Shown piece after piece: positions 50,024 to 63,247 of a stretch of DNA of 64,000 nucleotides. Position 1 is the first letter of the stretch. Every line of letters starts with the position of its first letter. The notes below the pieces were generated by a model. That model saw only the letters and a program-made list of their open reading frames with translations, was not told the DNA's origin and searched no databases. Where the stretch lies: contig NC_091978.1 of NCBI RefSeq assembly GCF_044704955.1, positions 319,920,001 to 319,984,000 on the forward strand, written 5' to 3'. This DNA is from Pristiophorus japonicus. Its lineage: Eukaryota. The translations under genes and the position numbers were made by a program.

Positions 50024-50568
50024 GTAAGAAATGTGTTGAAAAAGTTTTGTGCAGTTTAAAAAAAAAAATCCGTGACAATCACAACCCCCACCACCCTCCC
50101 TATCCACCCACATACCCACCCACATTATACAGCTCGTTGCTCTCATTGGCAGCGTTTGCCGGATATTCTCTCTTTGCAGTCATTTATCTTGTTGCAACAT
50201 TTCAAATATAGCCATGATATTAGCTAGATTTTTTTGGCATGTCAGTCTAACCAACACTACATGAAAAATCACATTATTATCTAATCTGAACTATGTCAGT
50301 TCATGTTTGTCAAAGGCGGCAGCCTGAAAAAAAGTTACGAAATTTGGAACAGACGGTTCTGAGGAACAGAGGATCCTTTTTCTCCTATTACAGCTAGATG
50401 TACTTTTTAAGATCAGTTTGAATGCTTGTCTCTTTTAATGAATTGGAGTGTTTTTGCGTGATTTATTAAAAGTTGCAAACAGCCAGGATTTGTATTTAAC
50501 TCTTCAATTACTTTCAAGTCGGTGATATTATTTTCCTGGATCTGCCGACAGAGCAGTGAAGACAGTGC

Positions 50569-51248
50569 GGGGCCGAAATTGCCCCCACTGCCCCCCGACC
50601 CCAAACAGGGAGCACCTTCCTTTTAAAAAAAAAATTCTCCGTCCCAACCAATAGGGCAGGGATACCAGAGAAATTCAGCCGCTAGAATTTTTTATGGTCG
50701 GAGTGCAAGGTGTGGCGGCTGTGAGGCAGAAGTGCCCTTCAAGTGGGTTGGCCGCCCCGACCAGTCATCAGTGTCGCGCTGAGGCGTCACAGTGTCCCTC
50801 TCCTTCAGTGAAAGGGGAAGACCGCTGCGAGCTCTGCAACAAAGTTCAGTTTGGGCCGCCAGGGAGGGATTCGGCCGGGCCAGCAGCCTGTTTGCGGCCC
50901 AGCTGAACCCGGGGGGCATAATTGTCGGGCTGAACTGGCAGTCGGCCGACAAAGATAAATATAATGGAGCCGAGGCAGCGCAACTTCCCCTTTAAGTGCA
51001 GACTGCTGGGGAAAGCTGTCGGTGGCACCGACTGGCGTTGCTGCTGCGGGGGACGGAAAGGGGTCGACGCGTGCCTGACACGGCGGGAAAATGGGCGGAA
51101 CGGAAACCCGTTCCCGTCGCTTCCAGCTCGGGGGCAATTTCGGACAGGTCAGCCCATCTGTCCGCCCCCGGTTGGTAAAGCCCCTCGGCTCCATTCCCAC
51201 CTCTTGGAGACGGTAATTGAGCTTATGGGGGAGGGCAATTTTGGTCCC
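50569..51248. mobile_element. PIF/Harbinger-like MITE, family B
   Basis: ggggccgaaattgccc / gggcaattttggtccc; colinear with 17323-18103. Confidence 0.75.
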
Positions 51249-51444
51249 AGCAGGTTTTTATGGTCTGCATAACTGGGAGTACAATTTTGCATGCAAGCGT
51301 CGTGTTGAGATTTTACAACTCATTGATGTAAGAAAATGGAGGTGAACATTAGGCTAGAGTTGCCACAATGCAAGATTTAACAATTGTCTGTTCCTTTTCT
51401 CCTCTGTCAAGCACGATTAAATATTGTTCTACATTAAGGACACT

Positions 51445-51897
51445 GGGGGCAAAATTGCCCCGTGCCCCATTTGGGGCGCACAATTTGAATGAAATAAATA
51501 TTTAGCGCCTGGCAAGATGGGCCGCTAAATGTCGCTGAATTGGGGTCTTTGTCGGAAAGAATGTGCGAGGCGGTATCGGAGGCGTGATTCGCCTCTGTGG
51601 GGCAGTTAGCGGGGTGCAAGGCTCAACGCCACGCTAACCACAGCATCCCTCCCCTTCTTTCGCTTTCCTGGCGCCCACTGGGCTACCAGGGAGGGTTTTG
51701 GGTGGGCCAGCGGCCTGGCATCCAAGAGCTGGCGCCAAACTGCATCGCCCCCACGTCAATCTCACGTCCCACGGGACAATTTTCGGGGCGATAAATCGGC
51801 GTGCATGGCGATGGCATCAAACCCATTTTTGCCCGGAGGCAATTCTGGGCGGGTTGTTTCCCTGAAGGCTAGCTATAAAAGGGGCAATTTCAGTCCC
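51445..51897. mobile_element. PIF/Harbinger-like MITE, family B-related, shorter
   Basis: gggggcaaaattgcccc / ggggcaatttcagtccc; flanks act/acc. Confidence 0.65.
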
Positions 51898-52214
51898 ACC
51901 ATAAATTCCAGTTGTTTTTATAATATAGACAGGCCATTATATAGCAGGGTGGAACGGAAAGTTGCACAGCAAAAGTCTCTGGAATTGGATATGGTTATTT
52001 TCTGCTATGAATCAGTTGATTTCTTGTCCAAGATTTATGTAATGAACGTTAATGAAGTGCCAGACAAAGCATTATTTTGCTAAACTTAAGTACCTATAGG
52101 TTACCCAGTAAAGATTACCTAAAAATGAGTAATTATTTTTAAAGAGCAAAAAAAACACATTTTAAAACATTCTGTCAGCAGTAACACAAATAGTTATAAA
52201 TCCCACTTCTTCCT

Positions 52215-55200
52215 TGACAGCCCACTTCTACCTCCTTCCCAAGATCCACAAACAGGACTGCCCTGGTAGACCCATCATTTCAGCATGTTCTTGCCCCACA
52301 GAACTTATTTCTTCCTATCTCAACTCTATTTTTTCTCCCCTTGTCCAGTCTCTTCCCACCTACATTTGCTACTCCTCCGACGCCTTAATAGTTTCCAGTT
52401 TCCCGGCCCCAACCATCTCCTTTTCACCATGGACATCCAATCCCTCGACACTTCCATCCTCCACCAGGATGGCCTGAGGGCGCTCTGCTGCTTCCTCGAG
52501 CAGAGGCCCAACCAGTCCTCATCCACCATCACCCTCCTCTGCCAGGCTGAACTTGTTTTCATATTGAACAACTTCTCCTTAAACTCCACTCACTTTTTCC
52601 AAATTAAAGTTGCTGTGGGAACCCACATTGGTCCGAGCTATGCCTGCCTTTTCATGAGATGTGTGGAACATTCTTTGTTCCAGTCCCACTCGGGTCCTCT
52701 CCCTCACCTCTTTTTCCAGGGCATCAAACAGGAAATTAGGGGTGCATGCAATAAAGGTGCAGCAATTATAATGGGTGACTTTAATATGCACATAGATTGG
52801 GCTAACCAAACTGGAAGCAATACAGTGGAGGAGGATTTCCTGGAGTGCATAAGGGATGGTTTTCTAGACCAATATGTCGAGGAACCAACTAGGGGGGAGG
52901 CCATCTTAGACTGGGTGTTGTGTAATGAGAGAGGATTAATTAGCAATCTCATTGTGCGAGGCCCCTTGGGGAAGAGTGACCATAATATGGTGGAATTCTG
53001 CATTAGGATGGAGAATGAAACAGTTAATTCAGAGACCATGGTCCAGAACTTAAAGAAGGGTAACTTTGAAGGTATGAGGCGTGAATTGGCTAGGATAGAT
53101 TGGCGAATGATACTTAAGGGGTTGACAGTGGATGGGCAAAGGCAGACATGGATGAACTACAACAATCGTACAATCCTGTCTGGTGTAAAAATAAAAAAGG
53201 GAAGGTGGCTCAACCGTGGCTATCAAGCGAAATTAGGGATAGTATTAAAGCCAAGGAATTGGCATACAAATTGGCCAGAAATAGCAGCGAACCCGGGGAC
53301 TGGGAGAAATTTAGAACTCAGCAGAGGAGGACAAAGGGTTTGATTAGGGCAGGGAAAATGGAGTACGAGAAGAAGCTTGCAGGGAATATTAAGGCAGATT
53401 GCAAAAGTTTCTATAGATATGTAAAGAGAAAAAGGTTAGTAAAGACAAACATAGATCCCCTGCAGTTAGAATCAGGGGAAGTCATAACGGGGAACAAAGA
53501 AATGGCAGACCAATTGAACAAGTACTTTGGTTCGGTATTCACTAAGGAGGACACAAACAACCTTCCGGATATAAAAGGGGTCAGAGGGTCTAGTAAGGAG
53601 GAGGAACTGAGGGAAATCTTTATTAGTCGGGAAATTGTGTTGGGGAAATTGATGGGATTGAAGGCCGATTAAATCCCCAGGGCCTGATGGACTGCATCCC
53701 AGAGTACTTAAGGAGGTGGCCTTGGAAATAGTGGATGCATTGACAGTCATTTTCCAACATTCCATTGACTCTGGATCAGTTCCTATGGAGTGGAGGGTAG
53801 CCAATGTCACCCCACTTTTTAAAAAAACGAGGGAGAGAGAAAACAGGGAATTATAGACCGGTCAGCCTGACCTCAGCAGTGGGTAAAATGATGGAATCAA
53901 TTATTAAGGATGTCATAGCAGCGCATTTGGAAAAAGGTGACATATAGGTCCAAGTCAGCATGGATTTGTGAAAGGGAAATCATGCTTGACAAATCTTCTA
54001 GAATTTTTTGAGGATGTTTCCAGTAAAGTGGACAAAGGAGAACCAGTTGATGTGGTATATTTGGACTTTCAGAAGGCTTTCGACAAGGTCCCACACAAGA
54101 GATTAATGTGCAAAGTTAAAGCACATGGGATTGGGGGTAGTGTGCTGACGTGGATTGAGAACTGGTTGTCAGACAGGAAGCAAAGAGTAGGAGTAAATGG
54201 GTACTTTTCAGAATGGCAGGCAGTGACTAGTGGGGTACCGCAAGGTTCTGTGCTGGGGCCCCAGCTGTTTACATTGTACATTAATGATTTAGATGAGGGG
54301 ATTAAATGTAGTATCTCCAAATTTGCGGATGACACTAAGTTGGGTGGCAGTGTGAGCTGCGAGGAGGATTCTATGAGGCTGCAGAGTGACTTGGATAGGT
54401 TAGGTGAGTGGGCAAATGCATGGCAGATGAAGTATAATGTGGATAAATGTGAGGTTATCCACTTTGGTGGTAAAAACAGAGAGACAGACTATTATCTGAA
54501 TGGTGACAGATTAGGAAAAGGGGAGGTGCAACGAGACCTGGGTGTCATGGTACATCAGTCATTGAAAGTTGGCATGCAGGTACAGCAGGCGGTTAAGAAA
54601 GCAAATGGCATGTTGGCCTTCATAGCGAGGGGATTTGAGTACAGGGGCAGGGAGGTGTTGCTACGGTTGTACAGGGCCTTGGTGAGGCCACACCTGGAGT
54701 ATTGTGTACAGTTTTGGTTTCCTAACTTGAGGAAGGACATTCTTGCTATTGAGGGAGTGCAGCGAAGGTTCACCAGACTGATTCCCAGGATGGTGGGACT
54801 GACCAATCAAGAAAGACTGGATCAACTGGGCTTGTATTCACTGGAGTTCAGAAGAATGAGAGGGGACCTCATAGAAACGTTTAAAATTCTGACGGGTTTA
54901 GACAGGTTAGATGCAGGAAGAATGTTCCCAATGTTGGGGAAGTCCAGAACCAGGGGTCACAGTCTAAGGATAAGGGGTAAGCCATTTAGGACCGAGATGA
55001 GGAGAAACTTCTTCACCCAGAGAGTGGTGAACCTGTGGAATTCTCTACCACAGAAAGTAGTTGAGGCCAATTCACTAAATATATTCAAAAGGGAGTTAGA
55101 TGAAGTCCTTACTACTCGGGGGATCAAGGGGTATGGCGAGAAAGCAGGAAGGGGGTACTGAAATTGCATGTTCAGCCATGAACTCATTGAATGGCGGTGC

Positions 55201-56285
55201 AGGCTAGAAGGGCTGAATGGCCTACTCCTGCACCTATTTTCTATGTTTCTATTGATGATTGTATCGGTGCCGTTTCCTACTCTCGCTCTGAACTTGAAAA
55301 TTTCATTCATTTTGCATCCAATTTCCACCCTTTCCTCACCTTCACATGGTCCATCTCCGACTCTTCCCTACCTCGACTTCCCCATCTCCATCTCTGCGGA
55401 TAGGCTTTTGACCAGTATCCACTATAAATCCACTGACTCCCACAGCTACCGAGACGACACTTCCTCCCAGCCCGCATCCTGTAAGGACTCCATTCCATTC
55501 TCCCAGTTTCTCCGTCTCCGTCGCATCCGCCCTGACAATGCCACCTTTCACACTACTGCCTCTGACATGTCTTCCTTTCTCCTCAACAGAGGTTCCCCTC
55601 CGCCGTGGTTAACATGGCCCTCGACCGTGCCCGCTCTATTTCTCGCGCCTCTGATCTCATCCCTTCCCCTCCCTCTCAGAACCACGACAGGGTTCCCCTT
55701 GACCTCACCTTTCACCCCACCAGCCTCCACATTCAATGGATCATCCTCCACCATTTCCGCCACATCTAGCGTGATCCCACCACCAATCACATCTTCCCCT
55801 CTCCTCTCCCTCAGCACTTCGAAGGGACCACTCCCTCCGCAACACCCTGATCATTCCACAGTCACCCCCAGCACCCCCTCCCCTTCCCACGGCACCTTTC
55901 TGTGCAAGTGCAGGAGATGCAACACCTGCCTTTTTACCACCTCCCTTCCCACTATCCAGGGCCCCAAACACTCCTTCCTGGTGAAACAGCAATTTACTTG
56001 TACTTTCAATTTAGTATACTGTATTCGCTGCTCACGATGTGGTCGACTCTACATTGGGGAGCACCTCCGTTCAGTCCGCATGTGTGATCCTGAGCTTTCG
56101 ATCGCCTGTCACTTTAATTCTTCACTCCATTCCCACTCTGACCTCTCCATCCTCGGTCTCCTACACTGTTCCAATGAAGCTTAATGCAAGCTCAAAGAAC
56201 AGCACCTCATCTTTAATTTAGGCACTTTACAGCCTTCTGTACTTGACGTCGAGTTCACCAATTTCAGAGTGTAACCGCTGCCAAT
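52215..56285 (+). mobile_element. Penelope-like element (RT + GIY-YIG), split by CR1
   Basis: FYLLPKIHK..PGRPIIS, FTMDIQSL, GTHIGPSYACLF (52215-52719). After 55251: IDD, YLDF, SIPFSQFLRLRRI, CKCRRCNTC, NLVYCIRCSRCGRLYIGE. Confidence 0.9.
52720..55250 (+). mobile_element. Young 5'-truncated CR1 (APE C-terminus, RT, 3' UTR)
   Basis: ORF 53968..55161 is an uninterrupted 397 aa RT (YLDFQKAFD, PQGSVLGP, FADD); upstream frameshifts; tail ctattttctatgtttct. Confidence 0.95.
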
Positions 56286-56629
56286 CGTTGGCTCCCCCCC
56301 ACTCCCGAGCCTGATCCTTTTTTTCTCCTTGTCTCTAATGGCGCCAGTGAGAAGCAATCACGTGAAGGTTTAATGGCTGACATTTCACCCAACTGCACGA
56401 CTGAATTTATTTTTCCAAGGTGGTTCCAGTTAATATTTTTATTTCTCTCCCAACTACATATAGATAAACACACACACTTATGATTTCCCATAAATCATTA
56501 AAGTTACCCATACAGTTGCAAGTAGACTATTCCTATTGTACCATTTCTTCACTTGGTCTTTGTTCTATGTATTTTTGGCTCACACACTTGTGCTCAGTCA
56601 CATATCCTTGATGTAGTCCATCATTGGGC

Positions 56630-57364
56630 ACCTTCATTCCGGAAATAGTGGGGAGCCAAGGGTCTAGTCAGACTGAGGAACTTAAAGAAATTAGTATTAG
56701 TAAAGAAATAGTACTGGAGAAATGAATGGAAATAAAAGCCAACTAATCCCCTGGATTTGATAAGCGAGAACAAGTGATAGTGGTGTCTTTGGATATTCGA
56801 TAAGGTGCCACACGAGGTTATTACACAAAATTAGGGTTAATTGGATTGAGGGTAATATATTAGCATAGATTGAAGATTGGTTAATGGACAGAATACAGAG
56901 TTGGAACAAACGGGTCATTTTTGGGTTGTCAGGCTGTAACTTGTGGGGTACCACAAGGATCGGTGCTTGGGCCTCAGCTATTTACAAACTATATCAATGA
57001 ATTAGATGAGGGAAATGAGTATAATGTATCCAAGTTTGCTGACGTTACAAAGCTAGGTGGGAAAATAATTTGTGAGGAGGATGCAAAGAGGCTTCAAAGG
57101 GATATGGATAGGTTAAATAAGTGGGCAAGAACATGGCAGATAGAATATAATGTGGAGAAATGTGAAGTTATCCACTTTGGTAGGAAAAATAGAAAAGCAG
57201 AATATTTTTTAAATGGTGAGAGATGAGGAATTGTTGGCATTCAGAGAAACGTGGGTGTCCTTGTACACGAATCACTGAAAGTTAACATGCAGGCACAGCA
57301 AGCAATTAGGAAAGCAAATGGTATGTGAGCCTTTATTACAAAGGGATTGGAGCATAAGAGTAAA
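56630..57364 (+). mobile_element. Decayed CR1 RT fragment
   Basis: ORF 56921..57226 GVPQGSVLGPQLF...SKFADVTKLGG. Confidence 0.85.
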
Positions 57365-58005
57365 GGGAATCGAAATTGTCCACCGAACGTGTTTCGACTG
57401 TTTTCAAGGCCGCAGTAGATGTGGTGGCCTCTTGCGCGAAATTCAATCCTTTGGCTTTTTTTTTTGAGCGGCCCGGAAGTCGGTCATAATGGGGATGGAA
57501 GTGTGGCAGAGAGCGGAAGTTTGGTAAGTAGAAGGGCAGAAATGGGGAGCGGGCGGAGTGTCCGCCACTGTCACTCATCAGCGTAGCGCTGATGACATCC
57601 TCACGCTGGCGCGTCAACACGTCTTTCCCTTGAACTAAAGGGGAGAGCCGCTGCGAACTCGGCAATTCTTAAAGTTAGGTCCACTAGGCCACCAGGGAGG
57701 CTTTCGACCGGGCCAGTGGCCTCGCACCCAAGACGGGGTGCCAGGCTGCCTGTTGCCGACCTGGCCGAACCCGGGGGGGGGGGGGCATAATTGTCAGCCT
57801 GACCTGGCAATCAGATTGACAAAAAAAAATAAGATGGCGGCCGCGCCAGTAGGTCCTCCCCTTTAAAGGCAGCTGCACCGCCATTTTACAAGCATAGTGC
57901 GCCGGTGGCTCTGAGCGGCAGGAGCACGATTTTCAGCACGGAATTTCATGGGGAGGCACATCGGCGGTGCGCGCTCTGATGACACACTTGGGACGGATCA
58001 GCAGC
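57365..58005. mobile_element. PIF/Harbinger-like MITE, family B (right end missing)
   Basis: gggaatcgaaattgtcc start; gctgatgacatc, aaaggggagagccgctgcgaactc, ggccaccagggagg. Confidence 0.65.
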
Positions 58006-58009
58006 AGTG

Positions 58010-58848
58010 GAGCTTCACTCATCTGCTGCTGAAACCCTCATCCATGCCTACGTTACCTCTAGACTTGACCATTCTAATGCACTCCTGACTGGCCTCCCAC
58101 CTTCTACCCCACGTAAAGTTGATGTCATCCAAAATTTGGCTGCCCATGTCCTAACTCGCACCATGTCCTGTTCACCTATCACCCTTGTGCTCGCTGACCT
58201 ACATTGGCTCCGGGTTAAGCGAAGCCTAGATTTAAAAATTCTCATCCTTGTTTTCAAATCCCTCCTTGGCTTTGCCCCTCCCTAGCTCCGTAATCTCCTC
58301 CAGCCCCAAAATCCTCTGAGGTATCCGCGCTCCTCTAATTCTGGCCTTGTGAGCATCCGCTATTTTAATTGCTCAACCGTTGGTCGCCGTGCCTTCAGCT
58401 GCCAATGACCTAAGCTCTGGAACTCCCTCCCTAAGCCTCTCTGCCTCTCTACCTCTCTTTCCTCTTTTAGCTGCTCCTTAAAACCTACCTCTTTGACCAA
58501 GCTTTTGGTCATCTGCCCCAATATCTCTTTGTGTGGCTCAATGTCAAATTTTGTTGTACAACACTCCTGTGAAACACCTTGGGATGTTGTATTATGTTAA
58601 AGGCTCTACATAAGTACAAGTCTTATCGCCGAGAGCGTGCAGAAACCAAGCACAGGCATCGGAAGGAGCGTGCGGCAAACCAGTCCCACCCACCCTTTCC
58701 CTCAACGACTGTCCGTCCCACCTATGGCAGAGACTGTAATTCTCGTATTGGAGTGTACAGTCACCTAAGAACTCATTTTTAGAGTGGAAGCAAGTCTTCC
58801 TCGATTCCGAGGGACTGCCTATAATGATGATAAATACAAGTTGTTGTT
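58010..58848 (+). mobile_element. L2 3' fragment
   Basis: ORF 58007..58285 AETLIHAYVTSRLDHSNALL...IQNLAA...LHWL; L2 tail. Confidence 0.85.
58622..58829 (+). mobile_element. RTE-clade LINE 3' end inserted in the L2 tail
   Basis: ...PTYGRDCNSRIGVYSHLRTHF* (decayed C2H2-like C-terminus), (atg)n-type tail, flanking repeat ataa(g/a)tacaagt. Confidence 0.7.
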
Positions 58849-60937
58849 CTGCAGATAACGCCGATTTCTGGCTCCGTCTATGAAATTTGTATCGCTTGTG
58901 CATTCTGCGCATGCACAATCACATATTTGTATTCTTTCAAGAAAATATACATGGCTACAGTGACTGTAAGCACAAAAGCAAAAAGGAAGCAGCAAGATGG
59001 AACAGAAAAAAATTGTTGAGGACAAAAAAAAGAAATACGTCAAATAAAAGAGCCCACAAAAGAAAGACAACAAGTAGAACGAGCTGGAACAGAAACCATT
59101 GTGTGCACAAATATAGATACAGAGACAAGCCACAATTACCATGAGCAATAGCACCTGGAATTCAATGGTTAAAAATACATTTATTTCAGAACCAGCTTTA
59201 TTTTGCTACTATTTATGCAAGAACCTTTTGCTATTTAGTTATTCTAAACTTGTGCAATATAAAACTGTAATATGTATTATAATTTAAAACTGCATTACAT
59301 TATTTTCAGAAGTGCTAAAGAATTCACAAAAATCAAACAACAATGTAGTCAAAATTATTTGCCCCCAAATTACACAGACCCATAATCTCTGCAGTTACAC
59401 TAGGATTGCACTCATTGATGCCCTCCAACATTGACCCCACTGGAGGCCTACGCAGAGTCAAAGGGCATTGTGAGCATATAGTGGGTACTTTCTAGTGCAT
59501 AGAGGCCAGAAATTCTGGTGTCTCTGTCAATGCTGGAGGGATTCGTGGTTTTCCAATCAGCCTCAGGGGCTTTAGCAGTGCGAACCACTTCCTAGAGGCC
59601 AATATGGCACATTTCACTGGACATGTCAGCCTTGAGAGCAGGGCATAGGAAATATATAGAGGAAACAAAAATGATTAGAAATCCTAACGGTGGTATGAAG
59701 AAATACTAACAGGAATTAGTAAAGGATTTTGTTCATGCACAGGAAATAAAAGAATAGGTAAAGAAAGAGTAGGGCTGATTAGAAATGAAAAGAGAAATCT
59801 TATGGAAGATAAAGGGGTGCTAGAAATGGTGAATGAGCGACATGGAGAGGAGATTGACCAAACGACAGAAAACGAGTAATGAGTAAGGGATATTTTTCAG
59901 ACTCAATTAATATACACATGGGTGTCCCATGGGGTTCAGTGTTAGCTCCATTGCACTTTCCTATATATCAAAATTTGGAAATGATACAAAAATAGAGGGC
60001 ACAATTATCTGCAAAGAATACTTGTGTCAAAGCCCTTTTGAGGGCCAGACCTCATTTCAATATCAACAGGCGAGCTGCGTACGCAGTAACAGCACTCATT
60101 AGCAGCTTGCTGTTTAGGTGGGGCAGGAAATCCTGCAGTTTTAACATGGAGCTGTGCCAAAATTAGGAATCTCCAGGGTGGTTTGGGGGGGGAGGGCAGG
60201 GAGAGGCAATCATGGAGGGGCTGTAGACAGTGAGCAGAAAGATCTCTGAAAACCCCCAGAAACGTACCTTTTTTCTAAGCAGCCTGCAGTGGTCCCTTTA
60301 AAGTTAGGCTACTCAATGCTGTGCACACTCTGTCCATTGGTCTCTTAATATTGTATCAGGGTCCTGTGTACATTGTAGGACCCCAACTTGCATTTTACAA
60401 GTAGGTTCCCATCTGAAACAGGGTGGCACCTGAGCCGCCCATGTAAGAGCCCCAAGATAAATGCCTGTGGGAGGATCAGGAGTGGGAATGGTGCGATAAA
60501 TTCACCCCTGCAATTTTTAGTGTTGCCGTACCATTACTGCCAGGTCCTCAAAATCAGGGCTCGTAGATTTGGCCGATAGATATTGAGTGAATTTTGATGC
60601 AGAGAAATGTGAAATGGCACATTTTGGAAGGAGGAATAAGAGATAAAATGTGCATTGGATGGACCTTTATGCAGTTGAACGCCTGTAGGCCCGAGAAGGG
60701 AACTCTCTGTAGCTTTGGACTCAGGAGGTACACCTCTGACTGAAAATTCAGGGCCAATATCATTCACTGCTCTGAAGCATTTCATTGCAATGCCATGAAA
60801 CTATGTGATCAGTAACAGATTACACTGGAGTGTGAGAATGAGATTATTTCACTTATTTTAAATCGTTATCTCGTGCATAAATCTGAGTACACTCTGAAGT
60901 AAAAAATATTTTTCAGAGGGATTGCTGCACTAAAAAC

Positions 60938-61111
60938 TGTGATATATTCACAGAGCACAGCACACACAGCTTTCTATAATGGCAGACAGCATCTCAGAAG
61001 TTCCGGGAGCTTCTGGTCAGCTGACTCATTTATTCACCTTTAGTTGCAGTAACACAATATGTCCACATCCACAGTGTGGAGCTACAACATTACAAGCTTA
61101 CAGGCATTACA
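60938..61111 (-). repeat. 174 bp 3' LTR (TGTAA...TCACA)
   Basis: Begins immediately after the PPT; TG...CA ends with imperfect inverted termini tgtaat/atcaca. Confidence 0.7.
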
Positions 61112-63247
61112 CTTCTCCCTCCTGAATGAAGAAGTTATTGTAACAAACATCATACATAACTTGCATGGACTTATTTTGCCAAATTTACAAATTTAACTTA
61201 ACCACTTGTTTTCTGTTTTGAAGAGGATACCTTCGCTCTCGAACCGAACCTTCCAAACATGGTGTCAAATTTTAAACTCATTCGAAGTTGATCCTGAGGA
61301 ACGTTTTCCTCCACGGGATTTCCTTGATTTTCATTTGAACTCACTATAACTTCAGACTCTTTATTTTCCTGACTCGGACTCGGACTTAAATTCTGATTTT
61401 CTCTTGGATTTGTTTCCAGTACATTGGATGTAGGTATCAAAACTCTCTGATGAGTCAGAAATAATTGAATCATTCCCACCTTCAACTCCTTTTATGTCTT
61501 AGGTAAAATATGATCAATGTGAACAAACCTAACCTGTCCATTATCAAACATCTTGACCAAATATGTGCGAAGACCGCATATCTTCACTACTTTTCCTAGT
61601 GACCGCTTTACCCATTTATGGTGATGGTTCTTCACTCTCACCACCTGATTTAATTTCACACTTCTCTGTTTTACTCGACTTCTATCATGATTTTCTTTCT
61701 GACTTAATTGTGTCTCTTCTATGGACTGCGCCAAATTTGGTTTTAACAACGAGAATCTGGTTCGTGGCTGTCGTTTGAGAAACAACTCTGCTGGTGTTCT
61801 ACCAGTAATTGTATGAGGAATATTACAATATGTAATTAGGAAATTAGCCAATTTGTGATCCAATGACAACTGTCGTTTCTTTGGATTTGGATCCAACATT
61901 TGTTATACAATTTGTACAGTTCGCTCTGCTGCACCATTCAAAGCAGGGTGGGTGGAACCTTGGTATGTTTCACACCATTTTGGCTTGTGAACTGTGCAAA
62001 TTCTTCTGAATGGAATTGTGGTCCATTATCGAAAACAATTTCTTCTGGGAGGCCAAATGAAGAAAATAAACTTCGTAAAATGTCTAATGTTTTACTTGTT
62101 GTTATTTTCCACATTGGAAACACCTCAACCCACTTCGAATGGCTATCAATCACAATGAACAATTGTTGTCCTTCTAGCTCAGCAAAATCAATATGTAGCC
62201 TTTGCCACACCCTGGGAGGCCATTTCCATGGCTGTAATGGTACTGATGGTGGTTGCTTGCTTACTGATTGACATGTCATACGCTGACTCTATATCTTCAT
62301 CAAGACCTGGCCATCATTAATAACTGCGTGCAAAACTTTTGGTCAAGCACATTACCAGGTGCTGGTCATGGAGGTCTCCTAATAATTTTGACCTAAATTT
62401 ATTTGGTATAACCACTCTTGCACCCCACATGATACAATCTTTATCGACTGATAATTCATTCCTACGAATGAAGAATGGATGAATATCTTTGTCTGTTACC
62501 TGGTTTGGCCATCCATTTTCAATATAATCATACACCTTTGACATCATTGGGTCACTTTGGTTGCTCCGCCAATCTCTTCAGCTGTTCATCAAGGTATAAA
62601 AAAATAGAACACTTCTTCCCTAACGGGTGTAATTTGTGATGGGGAAGACAATCTATACATAGCATCAACATTACTGTGATCAGCTGATCATCTTTATTCA
62701 ATATCATATGTATATGCTGACAAAATCAAAGCCTATCTCTGTATTCGGGCTACAGCTAATGTTGGAACTAGGGATTACTGTTAGGGGCTTATGGTCCATA
62801 ACGATGGTAAACTTACAACCGTACAAGTATTTGTGGAACTTCTTGACCCCAAAAATTAATGCCAAAGCTTCCCTTTCGATTTGCAATAATTATGCTCACT
62901 GGCACTGAGAGTGCGTGAAGCAAAAGCAATTGGTCTCTCCTCCCCACTACTTAATACATGAGAGATTACTGCCCCAGCTCCATACGGAGAGGCATCACAT
63001 GCTAACTTAATCTCCTTACATATATCAATAGTGAACTAACATGGTGCTCTCTACCAATTTGCTTTTACACTCCTTGAATGCCATATCGCATTCTTTTGAC
63101 CACTTCCAATGGACCTGTTTTTTCAATAGTTCATTCAGTGGATGTAATACGGTAGCCAAATTTGGTAGGAACTTCGCATTATAGTTCAAAAGACCCAAGA
63201 ATGAACGAAGTTCAGTGACATTCCTGGGAGTGGGTGCATTTCTAATT
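60938..63247 (-). mobile_element. Ty3/Gypsy LTR retrotransposon (K02A2.6/Mag-like): RT-RH linker, RNase H, integrase, PPT and 3' LTR; decayed
   Basis: [27 protein letters not shown]; WQRLHIDF..IDSHSKWVE..DNGPQF; PHTITGRTPAELF. PPT aggagggagaag (61123-61112). Confidence 0.92.

Noticed and set aside
52285-53343. 352 aa ORF as a novel RT-endonuclease fusion gene
   Set aside because: Chance in-frame junction of Penelope RT with an inserted CR1 fragment; both parts are truncated and frameshifted nearby.
55168-56184. 338 aa Pro/Ser-rich ORF as a host gene
   Set aside because: CR1 3' UTR reading into a frameshifted Penelope RT/GIY-YIG region.
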